DNA of 63,937 nucleotides, filler included, from Craspedostauros australis (lineage: Eukaryota), in assembly GCA_030167865.1 (NCBI GenBank). It is 5 parts of 5 records of this genome, joined end to end, with 100 filler letters (N's around TTAATTAATTAA, not from the genome) between each part and the next. Parts side by side here need not be neighbours in the genome. Positions count along the whole stretch, not along the records: positions 27,855 to 45,694 come from JALAGF010005645.1; positions 45,795 to 60,557 come from JALAGF010005646.1; 3 more parts are not named here. One strand, given 5' to 3'. This document shows positions 35,454-46,740 of the stretch, in pieces. Below the pieces are notes generated by a model. That model searched no databases. It was not told the DNA's origin and was given only the letters and a program-made list of their open reading frames with translations. Position 1 is the first letter of the stretch. Each line of letters begins with the position of its first letter. Position numbers and translations under genes: made by a program.

Positions 35454-38054
35454 CTACAACAGCTTTTTCTTTTTCTTCTTCTTCTTTTTGGGCATCTCGA
35501 TGATGGGGACGGAATCGAAGGCCATCTCCACCTTCTCCTCCTTCATATCATCGATATCGACAAAGGTTGGAGCAGGGCGCGGCACGGGAGCGGCAGATTC
35601 TTCGTACCGATTCTTCTCAAAGCTGTCGAACTGCGAGCGGCGGGCAGCGGCTTGCTCCTCCTCCTCCCGCTTGCGTCTGTCCTCCTCGCGTTTCCACAGA
35701 TCCGGTTCCGGATCTGCGGCGAGGGGTTCGGCTGCACCAATGACGGGAGATTCCACCGACTGGAAGGTCTTGCCGCAATCCACGAGGATGGGTGGGACGG
35801 GACGGCGTTCCTGCGAATCCCAGCTCTTCATCATGTATTCGTCGTGACATTTGCCCATCTCCGCCCTGAGGTATTCGGAATGCTTCTTGATGAGATGCTT
35901 GCGCAGGAAGACGGAATCCTTGAAGAGCTTGCGGCAGAAGTGGAAGCCACAACGCGCGCGCCCGTTCTCGTCGATGATGGTGTGATTTTCGATCCACACC
36001 GGCTCCACCTCCGACTCCTTGGCTTCGATCTCATCGGCGGCGGCATCCGTCTCCGCATCCACCATGGGTTGCTTGACGTCATCGGCAGCCGCGTTGCGTT
36101 CCAACCAACCACGGACCTCTTCGAGCGCGGTCTGGATGGATGCGTTCAACCTTTGCACCAGCAGATCCGTTTCCACCTCGTCTTCCATGGCCGCTGCCGC
36201 GTCATCCTTCGGTTCCGGTGGCGGTCCTCGCTTCGCCTCTGCTTCTTTCAGAATGTCATCAGCCTTTCGCAGTCGCAGATGGACGGTCGTGAGGCTGCTG
36301 GATTTGTGGAGCGCGTCAGCGATGTTGCTGGATCGCTGGCAACCACCGTAGAAGGAGATGAGATGGACCCGTCTCAAGTACGCGATGGTGAGGTCCAACG
36401 AATCCGACATTTCAGCCGGGTCCGTTGGATTTCTCAGCGATGCCAACTCGAGCAGCCGTTCAATAGAGGCATCCGAAGCGATTCCCACGCGTTTGTCGTA
36501 CAGTGTGGCCATCTCCAAGGCGTTGCGACGGTCCTTCGCGATGCGTTTGGTGGACGACAAGGCGACGCTGAGGACCTTGACATTGGGTTCGGTGGGTCGG
36601 GTGGAGACGGGGAGAGTTATTTGGCGTTGCGTGGGCTTTGGGATATCTTCCGGGTTGTTGCCCTTGCCATCGGCGTCCACGTCGGACCTGCCGTAGACGT
36701 CGTTGCAGTCCACCAGGAGGTTGAGGAATTTGGGCAGGTGCGTGTCCTCCTTGCGCGGGATGTGGCTGGGTTGCGAGTCGTGTGTTGCGCTGTGCCGGTT
36801 GGACTGGTGCAGCTGCATGAGGATGTCCTTCGTGACTTCGTCCGTGGAGGAGAAGTAGGCGACGCGCTTCAGATCCTTGGGAGAGACGGCTGAGGAGTAG
36901 ACATGGAGCTGTTCTTTCGCAGACTTCGACAGGTGGCATGACTGCTTGAGTGCTTGCAGCAGCTGGGCATCCGTGACGTATGGTGGGACGTTGGAGATCT
37001 CGTAGAGCCTCCTCTTGGGCGAGAAGGCGTGCGTTTTCGGCAGGAAGTTGGTTTGGTAGGAGGCGGAGTTTGTGGGAGGTGCGCCCTTGTTGGGCGTTCG
37101 GAGCGGCTGATCCAGCTTCGCCTCGATGGAGTCGTAACCGTGGCCAGATGTGGCGCCACGCGGTTTGTTCACGCCGTTTCCCAACCGCGCGTTGAGCACG
37201 AAGTTGCAGGCTTTGTTTTCGTCGGCAGCTGCGTTGGGATCGGGCCTGCTATCCATCTTCTCCAAGGATTCCTTGAGCTCTTCGACCATCAAGGATGCCT
37301 CGGATGCCGCACGCTGCTGATTCTTGATGGCGGACAATCGCTTTTCCAACGGGCTGTACTCCTGACGGAACCAGGAATCATCCATGTGCTGATTGAAGAA
37401 GGTGCGGACATAATCCAGGCAGTACGTCTTGCGGTAGCCCTCGTAGGTGTCGGGCTCATCGGCATCCTGTTCGTCCTTGGGCTCCTGCTGCCTTTTCTCG
37501 TTCCAGAGGAACTGGCACAGCATGGGCTCATCGGCGTAGAGCGTGGACATGTGGGATGGCGTCGGACGCACCGGACTTTCCTGCCGTTCGTCGTGACGGC
37601 CACCGTAGCCGGGATCCGGCGATTCGGATTTGCCTTTTCGTTTTCTGGAATTGTCGAAGGAGTGCGATCTGGCTCTGTCGTAGGTGCGGTCGGCGCTGTG
37701 CCTTGGCAGCATGGAGGACGACCAGCCGTTGCGCGGTCTGGGATCGTAATCGTCATGGTGCTGGTGATGCTGGCCGCCCCCGCGATCTCCGTAGCCGCCG
37801 CCGCTGCCACCTCCGTAACCAGAGGATGAGTAGCCCCCGTTTCGATCGCGATGCCGATCCTGCGGTGGGAAACGGCTGTGGTCATCCGATCCGTACGGCC
37901 CTCCTCTTCCATCCCTCCCGTCCGATCGCGGAGTTGGAAGCTCCTCGTTCAGCAACGATCGATGCGGTGAGCGGGACCTGTCCCGATCTCGGCTGCCTCC
38001 AGCACCGCCGCCTCGGCCGATGGGGATTTCTCTGCCGAATTCATCGAGCGGCAT
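35454..38054 (-). CDS. SRRT: SERRATE / Ars2 RNA effector protein
   Basis: R/D/G-rich N-terminus, 'YRKTYCLDYVRTFFNQHMDDSWFRQEYSP', 'LDLTIAYLRRVHLISFY' and C2H2 finger 'CGFHFCRKLFKDSVFLRKHLIKKH'. 866-aa intact ORF. Confidence 0.92.
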   Translation of the reverse strand: MPLDEFGREIPIGRGGGAGGSRDRDRSRSPHRSLLNEELPTPRSDGRDGRGGPYGSDDHSRFPPQDRHRDRNGGYSSSGYGGGSGGGYGDRGGGQHHQHHDDYDPRPRNGWSSSMLPRHSADRTYDRARSHSFDNSRKRKGKSESPDPGYGGRHDERQESPVRPTPSHMSTLYADEPMLCQFLWNEKRQQEPKDEQDADEPDTYEGYRKTYCLDYVRTFFNQHMDDSWFRQEYSPLEKRLSAIKNQQRAASEASLMVEELKESLEKMDSRPDPNAAADENKACNFVLNARLGNGVNKPRGATSGHGYDSIEAKLDQPLRTPNKGAPPTNSASYQTNFLPKTHAFSPKRRLYEISNVPPYVTDAQLLQALKQSCHLSKSAKEQLHVYSSAVSPKDLKRVAYFSSTDEVTKDILMQLHQSNRHSATHDSQPSHIPRKEDTHLPKFLNLLVDCNDVYGRSDVDADGKGNNPEDIPKPTQRQITLPVSTRPTEPNVKVLSVALSSTKRIAKDRRNALEMATLYDKRVGIASDASIERLLELASLRNPTDPAEMSDSLDLTIAYLRRVHLISFYGGCQRSSNIADALHKSSSLTTVHLRLRKADDILKEAEAKRGPPPEPKDDAAAAMEDEVETDLLVQRLNASIQTALEEVRGWLERNAAADDVKQPMVDAETDAAADEIEAKESEVEPVWIENHTIIDENGRARCGFHFCRKLFKDSVFLRKHLIKKHSEYLRAEMGKCHDEYMMKSWDSQERRPVPPILVDCGKTFQSVESPVIGAAEPLAADPEPDLWKREEDRRKREEEEQAAARRSQFDSFEKNRYEESAAPVPRPAPTFVDIDDMKEEKVEMAFDSVPIIEMPKKKKKKKKKLL

Positions 38055-39805
38055 GGTGTGCTGTTGTATATACTAGAATAGGTCCTTGCGCTTGCACTGA
38101 GCTTGCTCCTGTGCCTCGGTTTGCCTTGTTGCTTCACTGACCGATTGAGTGGTTGATGGAGGTCTCGATAATCCTCAGTCCACTCCACCTCGCTTCACTT
38201 CACGCGTTCTTCCCTCCTTTTGTCGCAACAGCGCTGTCGTGCAACTGCCTGCACAAACTGCACAAACTGTCAAACCGCACAAACTGAACAAATGGCGAAG
38301 CTCCAGTCCGTTGTGTCGCTGCCGATGGCACAGGGGAGTCGCCCTTGCGCGCTTGTTCCTCTGCCTGTGTGGATCACAGCAGGTAACAGCGCTGCCTTGC
38401 TATCCTCTGCTGGAGATGAAGGATGTTGCGCTCTTGCGAGTACAGTGAGTGTAGGCGCAGAGTTGGAGCAGTGCTGTCGACCATCTACGACCTACTCGTC
38501 CGCGGTCGTTGGCGTCATCGCAAATGGTCACTGCTCCTCTCGTTTGTTGGTCTTGTTGATCTCGCTCCTCGCGCTCTCTCTGGTCTCCACCGCAGCCTCC
38601 CAATTCGACAAAACCTTGGACGGCGCCGCATGTGTCATCCGTTTTGATTGTTGGGCGACGCCTTCGGTCTTCTTGCATTTGTGGATGGACGGACAGACAT
38701 ACTTTCTGACTCGAACAGTCGGACTCAGATGACACAAGCGATCAAACTGACACATTAGATCAAGATAACTTCATCAACAGGGGGTGACGTCACTGTCTCC
38801 GCGTACGTCTTCGCGCCAATTATGGACGTGAGGTTGATTGGCGTTGTCAACCACGAAGTACGTGTGCACGCGTGGTGATTGGTCCGTTCGTGCGCATTGC
38901 TTTGCGTGTGAGATGCTTCTCGGTTTGGTCGAAAACGCCGGGTGTGTCACGAAACTCAAACGCGCCGCGTCTTTTCGTGTTGTGCCTTCACACACGCACA
39001 ACAACGGTCCGTCGGTCGGTCGTTGCGGTACTGGGTGCGGTGCGAGCTACGGTAGTGGTGTATTGAACACGTCTCGTGTTGTTGCGCGCAATGTTGCGCC
39101 TTTGTGTTTGTTTGCGCGCGTGTGCGTGTGTTCGTGTGTCATCATCGTCATCGCCGTCATCGAGCGTCATCCCTGTCATCCCTGTCACCAATCTTCCTCA
39201 TCCTTGGCCTCCTCATTCTTGCTCTGCCTCGCATCCAAAACAGCGGGCGCAGTTGATGTTTGACCTTTGACGCTTGACAGATAGTTGACACTGAACGTCT
39301 GCCTTTGGACTGTTCCAGATTCGATTGTCTGCGCTCTGGGCACTCGGACTGGCGCTTCGATTGGGGCTTGTGCACAAGTGCGTGAGTGCGCAAAGGGACT
39401 CCGCTTTGAATCGCACTGGCGGGCACGAACAGATTCGCGTGGTGATACTCTCAGAACTCTATTTCTCTGGAGCACCGATACTTGGACGCATCGTAGCTTC
39501 AGGGTCGAGGAGCCGTCAGTGGCTAGCTCGTCACATCACGGCAATCATCGACCATAAACGGGCACATACCAACAGGCACATACCCACAGGCAGGTCTTCG
39601 GCTGAGAGGAGGACCGAGACAAAGGAACGAGACTGGTGCAACTACTCCGCCCGATGAAACATCGCTGACGAACGCAATCAACCTGTGGCATCACGCATAT
39701 CGCATCATCCATTGCCCGTTACACATCACCCATCACCCACCGCGGTCCATCACCTGACGCTGAGACGCTTGGTCGAGTGGACCGAAGGCCTTTGGCAGTG
39801 ATCAA

Positions 39806-41307
39806 ATGATGATGGCGACGGCAACATCGGTCCCCACCACCCAGCAAGGGCTTGTCACAACGCAGAAGCCGCAGGGCATGCCTGCACAGCAGGTCGCCAA
39901 CCATGCTCATCACCAGGTTGCCGCACCGCACCCAGCCCCCGCCACCATCATTGCGGCCACGGCTGCGACTATAGCAGCACCTGCGACCGTAACTGCAACT
40001 GTAACTGCACCTGCACCTGGAGTTGGAGTTGGAGTTGGGAATACAACCACGGCTACGGCCACCGCCGGTTCTGCGATGCAGACTGGGATGGGCGCAACCA
40101 GGGATCAACAACAGCATCATCAGCTTCAGACCCATCAGCAGCACCAACACCTGCATCAACAGCAGCAGCATCAACAGCATCAACATCAACTCCATCAGGC
40201 TCAGACCCAACAACAGCAGCAGCAACAACAACATCAGCCACAGCAGCAGCACCACCATGCAGGCCAGCAACACGCAGTTGCTCACAACAACCCCACTGTG
40301 CATGTTGCCCAGGCGGCCGCTGTGCCGGCGGAACACCAGAACCAGCAGCACCAACAGCAGCAACTCCCTTCGACCATGCCGCTCAACACCCAGCTTTCTC
40401 ACGTCCACGCCGCCCCGGGACCCACGACCACTACAGCAGCCGCTGCTGCCGCCGCCGCAGCTGCGGTCGCCAACTCCACCCCCGCCGCGTCTCTCTGGAC
40501 CAGCGCCGCCATGAACGCCGCACATCCGCCAACCACTTCACAAATGTACGCCGCATTCGCTGCCATGGGGGCGGTCGCGGACGTCACGACGCAGCAGGCG
40601 GCGGCTGCGGCTGCCGCACAACAGGCCGCGGCAGTCGCTGCAGCAGCTGCACCCAGACCGACCTTCGTCAACGCCAAGCAGTACCGTCGGATTCTCAAGC
40701 GCCGCGAGGCGCGTTCGAAGCTGGAAGATTTCTACCGCGCCAAGAGGGCCCAGCAGAAGGAGAACAAGTCCAAAAAGCCCTACATGCACGAATCCAGGCA
40801 TCGCCATGCCATGAAGCGTCCCCGGGGGCCAGGGGGCCGTTTCTTGACGAAGGTACGTTCGTCTTATGTCGTCGCGTCTCTCGTATCGTCCACCATGCCC
40901 GCGGCACTTTGCATCATTGGCATCAGACAGGCGGCGCGTCAAGTGACTGCAGGACCTCCCACGATTATTAACACCCTTCACGCTTCTCACGCATACGTAC
41001 GCTCTACTTCGTTGCCTTTTTCTCCCGTCACGACGTTACCTCGTCACTATGTCCCGCACAAACATGCATGCATACAAACGCACGCACAAACACATCCACG
41101 CGCACATTCACAAACATATGCTACTCCTCTATCCAGGCCGAGCTCGCAGACTACTATAAACAACACCCGGAGCAAGACCCTAGCCGACAGATGCTAGACA
41201 ATGGACCCTCCAACGCTACGTTGTCCGCCACAGAGGCAGCCGCAAATGGTGTCAACCCATCGCAGTCTCCGGCCCACCCCTCCAAGCGGATAAGATCAGA
41301 CCAATAG
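39806..41307 (+). CDS. NFYA: CCAAT-binding transcription factor subunit NF-YA (HAP2/CBF-B); intron 40853-41136
   Basis: '[21 protein letters not shown]...[26 protein letters not shown]' with Q/H/A-rich N-terminus. GTACGT...CAG intron joins to '[11 protein letters not shown]', stop at 41307. Confidence 0.95.
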
Positions 41308-41949
41308 CTCGGTCGCACATACAAGGCGCAAGCACCAACATCGCACAAAATTCGTGCTGTACAGACATGACGTGACAACTTACCAGGCAGGAATATGCTA
41401 CTACCACTCTATACGGGTGTTGCCATGATGCAACACCGAATCCTGCCCAATGCAAACTAACAATCTAAAATCAAACGTATGGGTGACGTCGCATTCTGTG
41501 GTGCTCGTGTTGTGGTGCTGTGCTGTGCTGTGTTTCTACATTCTCTATGCAAGTCATGTGAGGGTGAGTCTCTTGGCTTGAGCAGTATCCGGTGGTCGGA
41601 GTTGAGAATTCAGCTTCGCTTCCATTGCCAGCATGCGTATGTTGAATGATGCAACTTTACCAACTATTCTATTCTATTATGTAATATTCTATTATTATAA
41701 TATAATACTATGATGCAATAGGCTGTATGAGCGCTGCGAGGCGCGACGGGTGCTCTCTATGCACATAGAATAGAATACGTACGATTACGTTCACGGAGTA
41801 GTCGTACGAGCTCCGGAGGCAGATCTATTCTCCCCCACAACATACCTCGAGCAACGATGCCGAGAACTCGTGATTCACTCCTTGCTTTCATTCACGACTA
41901 TTGTCTCAACAATGTCAAAATCAACCAAACCAAAAACAAGAAAAACAAG

Positions 41950-44275
41950 GAGGAAATTCATTAACCAGCCCTTTTGAAGTGCCGATTTGCATCAACCAGC
42001 CTGTTTTTACAACACTTAGTGGCACAAAACGTCCAATTGTCCATGCGACATCCCATGGACACAGGGATTTCGCATCGACTGCCATGGTTAGCGCATAAAT
42101 ATAGACTACCTGTACCACACAGGAAAACTTCAAGCCACATCATATTATACATGTTTATCATCATCTTCATATTGCCAGTATAGTCCAAATGAATGTACAT
42201 CATCCAATGAGGGGAATACGTGACTACTTTAGTTGTAGATATGTACATCATCCATCTGTTTGATCCAATTTCTTGCGTTGTGGATCGTATTCTGACGACA
42301 TCTTCATTGCAAAGGACAAAAATAGTACAGTTTAACAAATTCAGCGCATCGAAGGCATTCCAGTGAATATTCATTTAGCTTGTGAGTGGCTGGATCCATC
42401 TAGAAGGTGTTGCGGATTGTACGCGGCCAAATCACGGGATACCGCACGGTGGCTGTGTGCGGTGCGCAGGGTGTTGACCAAACCTTCATATGAAAGATTC
42501 AACAAATACCATTCCACCAATGTCATCGTAGCAACGGCGCTTCTATGGGTATGGGGGTGGCTTGGGAGGATCTGGGTCCTTCTGGAAGGAGTGCTGGCAC
42601 CCAAATATATGAATCTCGTGATACTGCGCGGTACGCATGGCGCTGTGCTGTACTCCGCATGTCTATGCATTCGGCAGGCTGTTTTGAGAGGTCCAACCAA
42701 CCTCACTACTCCAATCATACTCCAGAGAGTACAGACATGAATTTTGAAGTCTTTGATTCATCAGGAACGGATCCAATTCTATGGATGCAGATATCACACA
42801 GTAGTGATTGGTACGCATCGCACTGTACATTAATTTGGATGTTTGTACACAGGAACTGGCAATTGTATTCCAATCCAACGCTCCGACCACACCAATCATA
42901 CGCCAAAGAGTATGAAAATGAAGTTTGAAGTTCTTTATCCATTTGGAAGGGATCGCAATCTATAGATGCTGATATCACACTGTACTGAACCGTCCGCGTC
43001 ACGCTGTATAGCGTTCTGAGAATACGTGCATATAAAATTTTGGCCATATTGCAATCGAATGCTTGGATGGCTCCGACCACACTCCAATGGGTGCGGCCAT
43101 GAAGTTTGAAGTATTGGATCCATCTGGAAGCGATCCAAAGCTGGGGATAAGGATATCTGGTGATGCTGTTTGGGAGGGGGCTTTATGATGCGCATTGCGC
43201 TGTGCAGCCTTCTGCGGATATGTTCATCCAGCCGGCTGGCTTGAGAGATCCGACCAACTGCGCTGCGTCAAGTAGACTCCGAAGGCTGTGGCCATGGAGG
43301 TTGAAGTCCCATATTCATTTGGAAGGGGTCCATTTCTACGGATGCTGAAGTGGAGTGTCACTGAGCGGCGTCATGACATGTGGATCACCTGGGCGCATAC
43401 CGATANGTCTTCCTGGANGATTCACGGCTTCAAACNCCATGTCNGTGCTCTGTGGAATGCGTTCGGATTCACCAAAGTGTTGGATTTGAATATGACCNCC
43501 AATGTCNATGCACATATTCTCAGAACGCTGTACAGCGTGACGCGTACTGTTCAGAACCGCGTGATATCAGCATCAGTAGAATTGGATCCCTTCCTAACGG
43601 ATCAAAGACTTCAAACTTCATGTCCTTACTCTTTGGAGTGTTCTTGGAGTGATGTGGCTGATCGGATCTCTCAAAATGGCNNNNNNNNNNNNNNNNNNNN
43701 NNNNNNNNNNNNNNNNNNNNNNNNNNNNNNNNNNNNNNNNNNNNNNNNNNNNNNNNNNNNNNNNNNNNNNNNNNNNNNNNNNNNNNNNNNNNNNNNNNNN
43801 NNNNNNNNNNNNNNNNNCATCTCTTCCAGATGGATTTAGATACCCACAAGCTAATAATATACCCATTGGAATGCTCTCCATGCTCTTATCTTGTTAGAAT
43901 GAAATATGTTTGTCCTTTCCATTGAACGTGTCGTCAGAATACGCTCCACATCACAAGGAATTGGAGCAAACAGATGGATGATGTACACATCTACAACTAA
44001 GGTAGCCATTTATTCCTTTTACTAGATGCATTAAATTTTAGTGGACTATTTGATTGCATTCTATGGCAATTATGCTAAACATGTATGATGTGGCTTATAC
44101 TTTTCGTGTGTAGTGCAGGTAGTCTACATTTATACCTAAACTTGCGGGTCGATGTGAGATTTTGTGTCCACTGGACGTCGTATGGACATTTGGACGTTTT
44201 GAGTCGCTAAGAAACACAAAACAGGCTGGTTGATGCAAATCGGCACTTCAAAAGGGCTGGTTAATGAATTTCCTC
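41950..44275. mobile_element. Second full-length-like foldback element copy, inverted relative to 6756-9029, with an internal N gap
   Basis: TIR GAGGAAATTCATTAACCAGCCC at 41950 and its reverse complement ending 44275. The left arm resembles the right arm of copy 1 and vice versa. Flanks do not form a TSD. Confidence 0.92.
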
Positions 44276-44599
44276 ATTTGTCGTGCAGCTGAGGCAAAAA
44301 TAAGTCGCATCGTGCAAAAAAAAAGTCGCAACACTCGTTTCACACGACCCATCGTGACTGACACGGCGTGCAAACAGCGAAGGTCATTTTCGGAGAATTT
44401 GGACGGATCGGCGTTAAGTAGGAGAGCGAAATACGACTAGAAGGCATTGATAGAACGTGATAGAAGAGTTTGGAACGTCGCTTTCATCACGTTCCGTGAA
44501 GTGAGACAGAATTTGAGTTCGTGCAATATTTAGTCCGATTAGTCGAATAATCCGCTCTGGTCATGTTTTGCCGGGTGTCCCAGTTTATTTTGTGCTCCA

Positions 44600-45169
44600 T
44601 CGCGACTCAAAACGTCGAAGTGTCCACGCGACATTCCATGGACACGGAGATTTCGCATCGACCTCCAAGGCTAGTGTATCAATGTAGACTACTTGTATCA
44701 CACAGGAAAGGTAAAAGCAACATCATACATGTTTATCATACTTTTAGCATTGTGACATTAATAAGTTCCTATCAACACACATGATCTAATGAAGGGATAA
44801 ATGCCTACCTCAGTTGTAGATATGTGCATCATCCATCTGTTTGCTCCAATTATGTACATCGTGGATCGTATGCTGACTAAACCTTCATAGGAAAGGATAA
44901 AATATTACACTTTAACAAGAATAGTGCATCCCAAGCATTCCAATGGGTATACTGCCAGCTAGCAAGTGTATTTATCCATCTGGAAGATATGCTGATATCC
45001 AAATCTATGAACCTCGTCATACTCAGTGCTACGCTCGACGCTGCGCAATCTTCTGCATGTCTACGCATTCCTCAGGCCATTTTGTGAAATCCGACCGGCG
45101 GCACCACTCCAATCACACTCTAAAGAGTACGGCCATGGAGTTTGAAGTCCTTGATTTGCCTGGAAGGGA
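44600..45169. mobile_element. Truncated arm of the foldback element (lacks the terminal ~60 bp)
   Basis: 'gcgactcaaaacgtcgaa...ggagatttcgcatcgacctccaagg...ggccatggagtttgaagtccttgat' is collinear with about 6824-7392. Confidence 0.88.
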
Positions 45170-45690
45170 TGTTGGCAAGTTCCGCACACGGATGGCCTTG
45201 GCATTGCTGACGATGGTGTTGGTTGTTACAATACTCTCATTAGTTCGTTCCGTTGCTACTCCAATACTCTCGGTGTCTCTTCGATGCTCTTGAAATCTCT
45301 TGTCTACCCAATCCTCTCAGTGGTTTGTCCGTCTGACTATGAGTTGGCACGTGAGTTGCTCTCTTGCTGTTACTCATATTCTCTCTCTATGCTGATATTG
45401 CATATTAATACCATGCATGATAGCATGTATTCAACGCAATCTTGATCTTCCTCCTTCTACTAGTCCGCTACTTTGCATGTAGTAGTCAGTGCCATGCATT
45501 CTCTGCACCTTGCACCTTTGACGATTGTTATCTCGTTATCGTACACAGCGAAATCACACGAGTCCTTCAAGAGAGATCAAGTCTTTCAGGACGAGGGTGA
45601 CAAGCTGGTAAGTGAAGACACTGTTTGGGTTGAGTGACTTCTGTTTCTTATGTTATCTTCATTGAGTTGTATCTCATGTTGTTGTCTTCA
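45170..45690 (+). mobile_element. Candidate LTR (about 520 bp) inserted into the foldback arm
   Basis: Foldback homology stops abruptly at TGTTGG (45170). The non-coding segment ends ...CTTCA four bases before the contig gap. Confidence 0.35.
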
Positions 45691-45794
45691 AGGTNNNNNN
45701 NNNNNNNNNNNNNNNNNNNNNNNNNNNNNNNNNNNNNNTTAATTAATTAANNNNNNNNNNNNNNNNNNNNNNNNNNNNNNNNNNNNNNNNNNNN

Positions 45795-46321
45795 CAGTTG
45801 ATGTCCGCCTCACATGATTCGATGAGGTACTTGACACACTCCAGGTGGCCGTTCCAGCATGCCTGATGAAGGGGAGTGTCACCATTGTTGTTTTTGCAGT
45901 TGATGTCCGCCTCACATGATTCGATGAGGTACTTGACACACTCCAGGTGGCCGTTNNNNNNNNNNNNNNNNNNNNNNNNNNNNNNNNNNNNNNNNNNNNN
46001 NNNNNNNNNNNNNNNNNNNNNNNNNNNNNNNNNNNNNNNNNNNNNNNNNNNNNNNNNNNNNNNNNNNNNNNNNNNNNNNNNNNNNNNNNNNNNNNNTTTG
46101 CAGTTGATGTCCGCCTCACATGATTCGATGAGGTACTTGACACACTCCAGGTGGCCGTTGTAGCATGCCCAATGAAGGGGAGTGCAACCAAAGCTGTCTG
46201 TAACCTTGTTCACATTAACTCTTTCATTCTGCGTCTTGTTCTGCTTCTTCCACTCCTTCAACACTGACAAGTGACCTGCTATGGCAGCATCAATGAGTTG
46301 TTGGTCTGTGACATTCGGCAT
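45795..46321 (-). CDS. Ankyrin-repeat protein, 5' part only (paralog of 52719-55004)
   Basis: 'MPNVTDQQLIDAAIAGHL...GCTPLHWACYNGHLECVKYLIESCEADINCK'. Near-identical 102-bp repeats broken by gaps, truncated at the contig end. Confidence 0.88.
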
Positions 46322-46707
46322 TTTGAGAGGATGGTGGATGGTCGATGGTTGCTGGACGATAGACGTTGGACGTTGGACGATTTACGTTGGATTGGCTGTC
46401 GAGGATGTCTGTGGTCGGAGCTGCCTATGGAAGAGATATCGATGGTGGTGTATGCAACAGCTTGTATTAGTATGAGTATGAGTACCATACGCTGTGTGAT
46501 GAATAGTAGTATGAGTGGCAATTCGATGGCTGTTGTTCATGCGGTTGAGTATGGGGTCGAGTGATGTGTGTGCTGTTGTCTTGTTCGCATGGTCTCCTCC
46601 TTCTGTTTGCCTGTGTTTGTCTCCTTCTCTTGATCAAACGCGTCTGGTTCGCGCGGATTGGATCTTTCTGTTCCCATCCATCACGAAAATGCGTGCGACC
46701 AACAACA

Positions 46708-46709
<2 letters not shown>

Positions 46710-46739
<30 letters not shown>

Positions 46740-46740
46740 A
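46710..46740. repeat. (GAAA)n microsatellite
   Basis: About 7-8 tandem GAAA units. Confidence 0.9.

Noticed and set aside
35652..37829. Long antisense or alternative-frame ORFs (e.g. 35652-36893, 22193-23239, 52986-54059, 15483-16952)
   Set aside because: They overlap well-supported genes on the opposite strand or in another frame and have no motifs of their own.
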